From: Diplonema japonicum
Lineage: Eukaryota > Protista > Euglenozoa: Diplonemea
Assembly: GCA_964019335.1 (NCBI GenBank)
Contig: OZ025726.1
Span: forward strand, 393,703 to 457,702
DNA length: 64,000 nucleotides
Reading direction: 5' to 3'
Shown here: in pieces, positions 63,718-64,000 of the stretch
Layout of the letters: each line of letters opens with the position of its first letter
Position numbering within the stretch: position 1 is the stretch's first letter
Position numbers and translations under genes: made by a program
Notes under the pieces: model-generated
Told to the model about the DNA's origin: nothing
Databases searched by the model: none
The model's input: only the letters and a program-made list of their open reading frames with translations

Positions 63718-64000
63718 CCCGCAAACCCGCAAACCCGCAAACCCGCAAACCCGCAAACCCGCAAACCCGCAAACCCGCAAACCCGCAAACCCGCAAACCC
63801 GCAAACCCGCAAACCCGCAAACCCGCAAACCCGCAAACCCGCAAACCCGCAAACCCGCAAACCCGCAAACCCGCAAACCCGCAAACCCGCAAACCCGCAA
63901 ACCCGCAAACCCGCAAACCCGCAAACCCGCAAACCCGCAAACCCGCAAACCCGCAAACCCGCAAACCCGCAAACCCGCAAACCCGCAAACCCGCAAACCC
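63718..64000. repeat. Perfect (CCCGCAAA)n tandem array, ~35 units, running off the window
   Basis: Directly visible 8-bp period. Confidence 0.97.

Noticed and set aside
63693-63996. ORFs reading (RVCGFAGL)n; true chromosome-end telomere
   Set aside because: The ORFs are translations of the 8-bp repeat. Strand orientation is opposite to a right-end telomere.

Overview
Eukaryotic nuclear DNA, almost certainly a diplonemid euglenozoan: a complete 39-nt diplonemid-type spliced-leader (SL) exon lies at 56912-56950, and the introns are tiny CA- or A-rich GT-AG introns. Bases 1-46.4 kb hold about 27 co-oriented minus-strand genes, including a giant 44-aa-repeat membrane protein and REI1/ZNF622 (both missing from the ORF track), eIF4E, a tandem beta-lactamase-family protein, PDI-C/ERGIC, a VPS9 GEF, MLH1, PPR, WD40 and DnaJ proteins. 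Many introns are 31-48 nt, and a decayed piggyBac interrupts the cluster. Bases 46.5-64 kb are a nest of mobile elements: an L1/Tx1-like LINE relic, hAT-like fold-back MITEs, and a fragmented Polinton/adintovirus-like endogenous virus (A32 packaging ATPase, adenain protease, Zn-ribbon-PLA2, pX-like core protein). An intron-containing P-loop ATPase gene sits inside the viral relic. A short retroposon that begins with a canonical HDV-like ribozyme truncates the pX-like gene. The most striking item is a CRE-clade non-LTR retroelement headed by a full SL exon whose 5' part is reiterated. It carries an AlkB dioxygenase domain and an RLE endonuclease with a long extra C-terminus, but its RT core is deleted. 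The window ends in a (CCCGCAAA)n array. All calls come from reading the sequence by eye; no database search was run.
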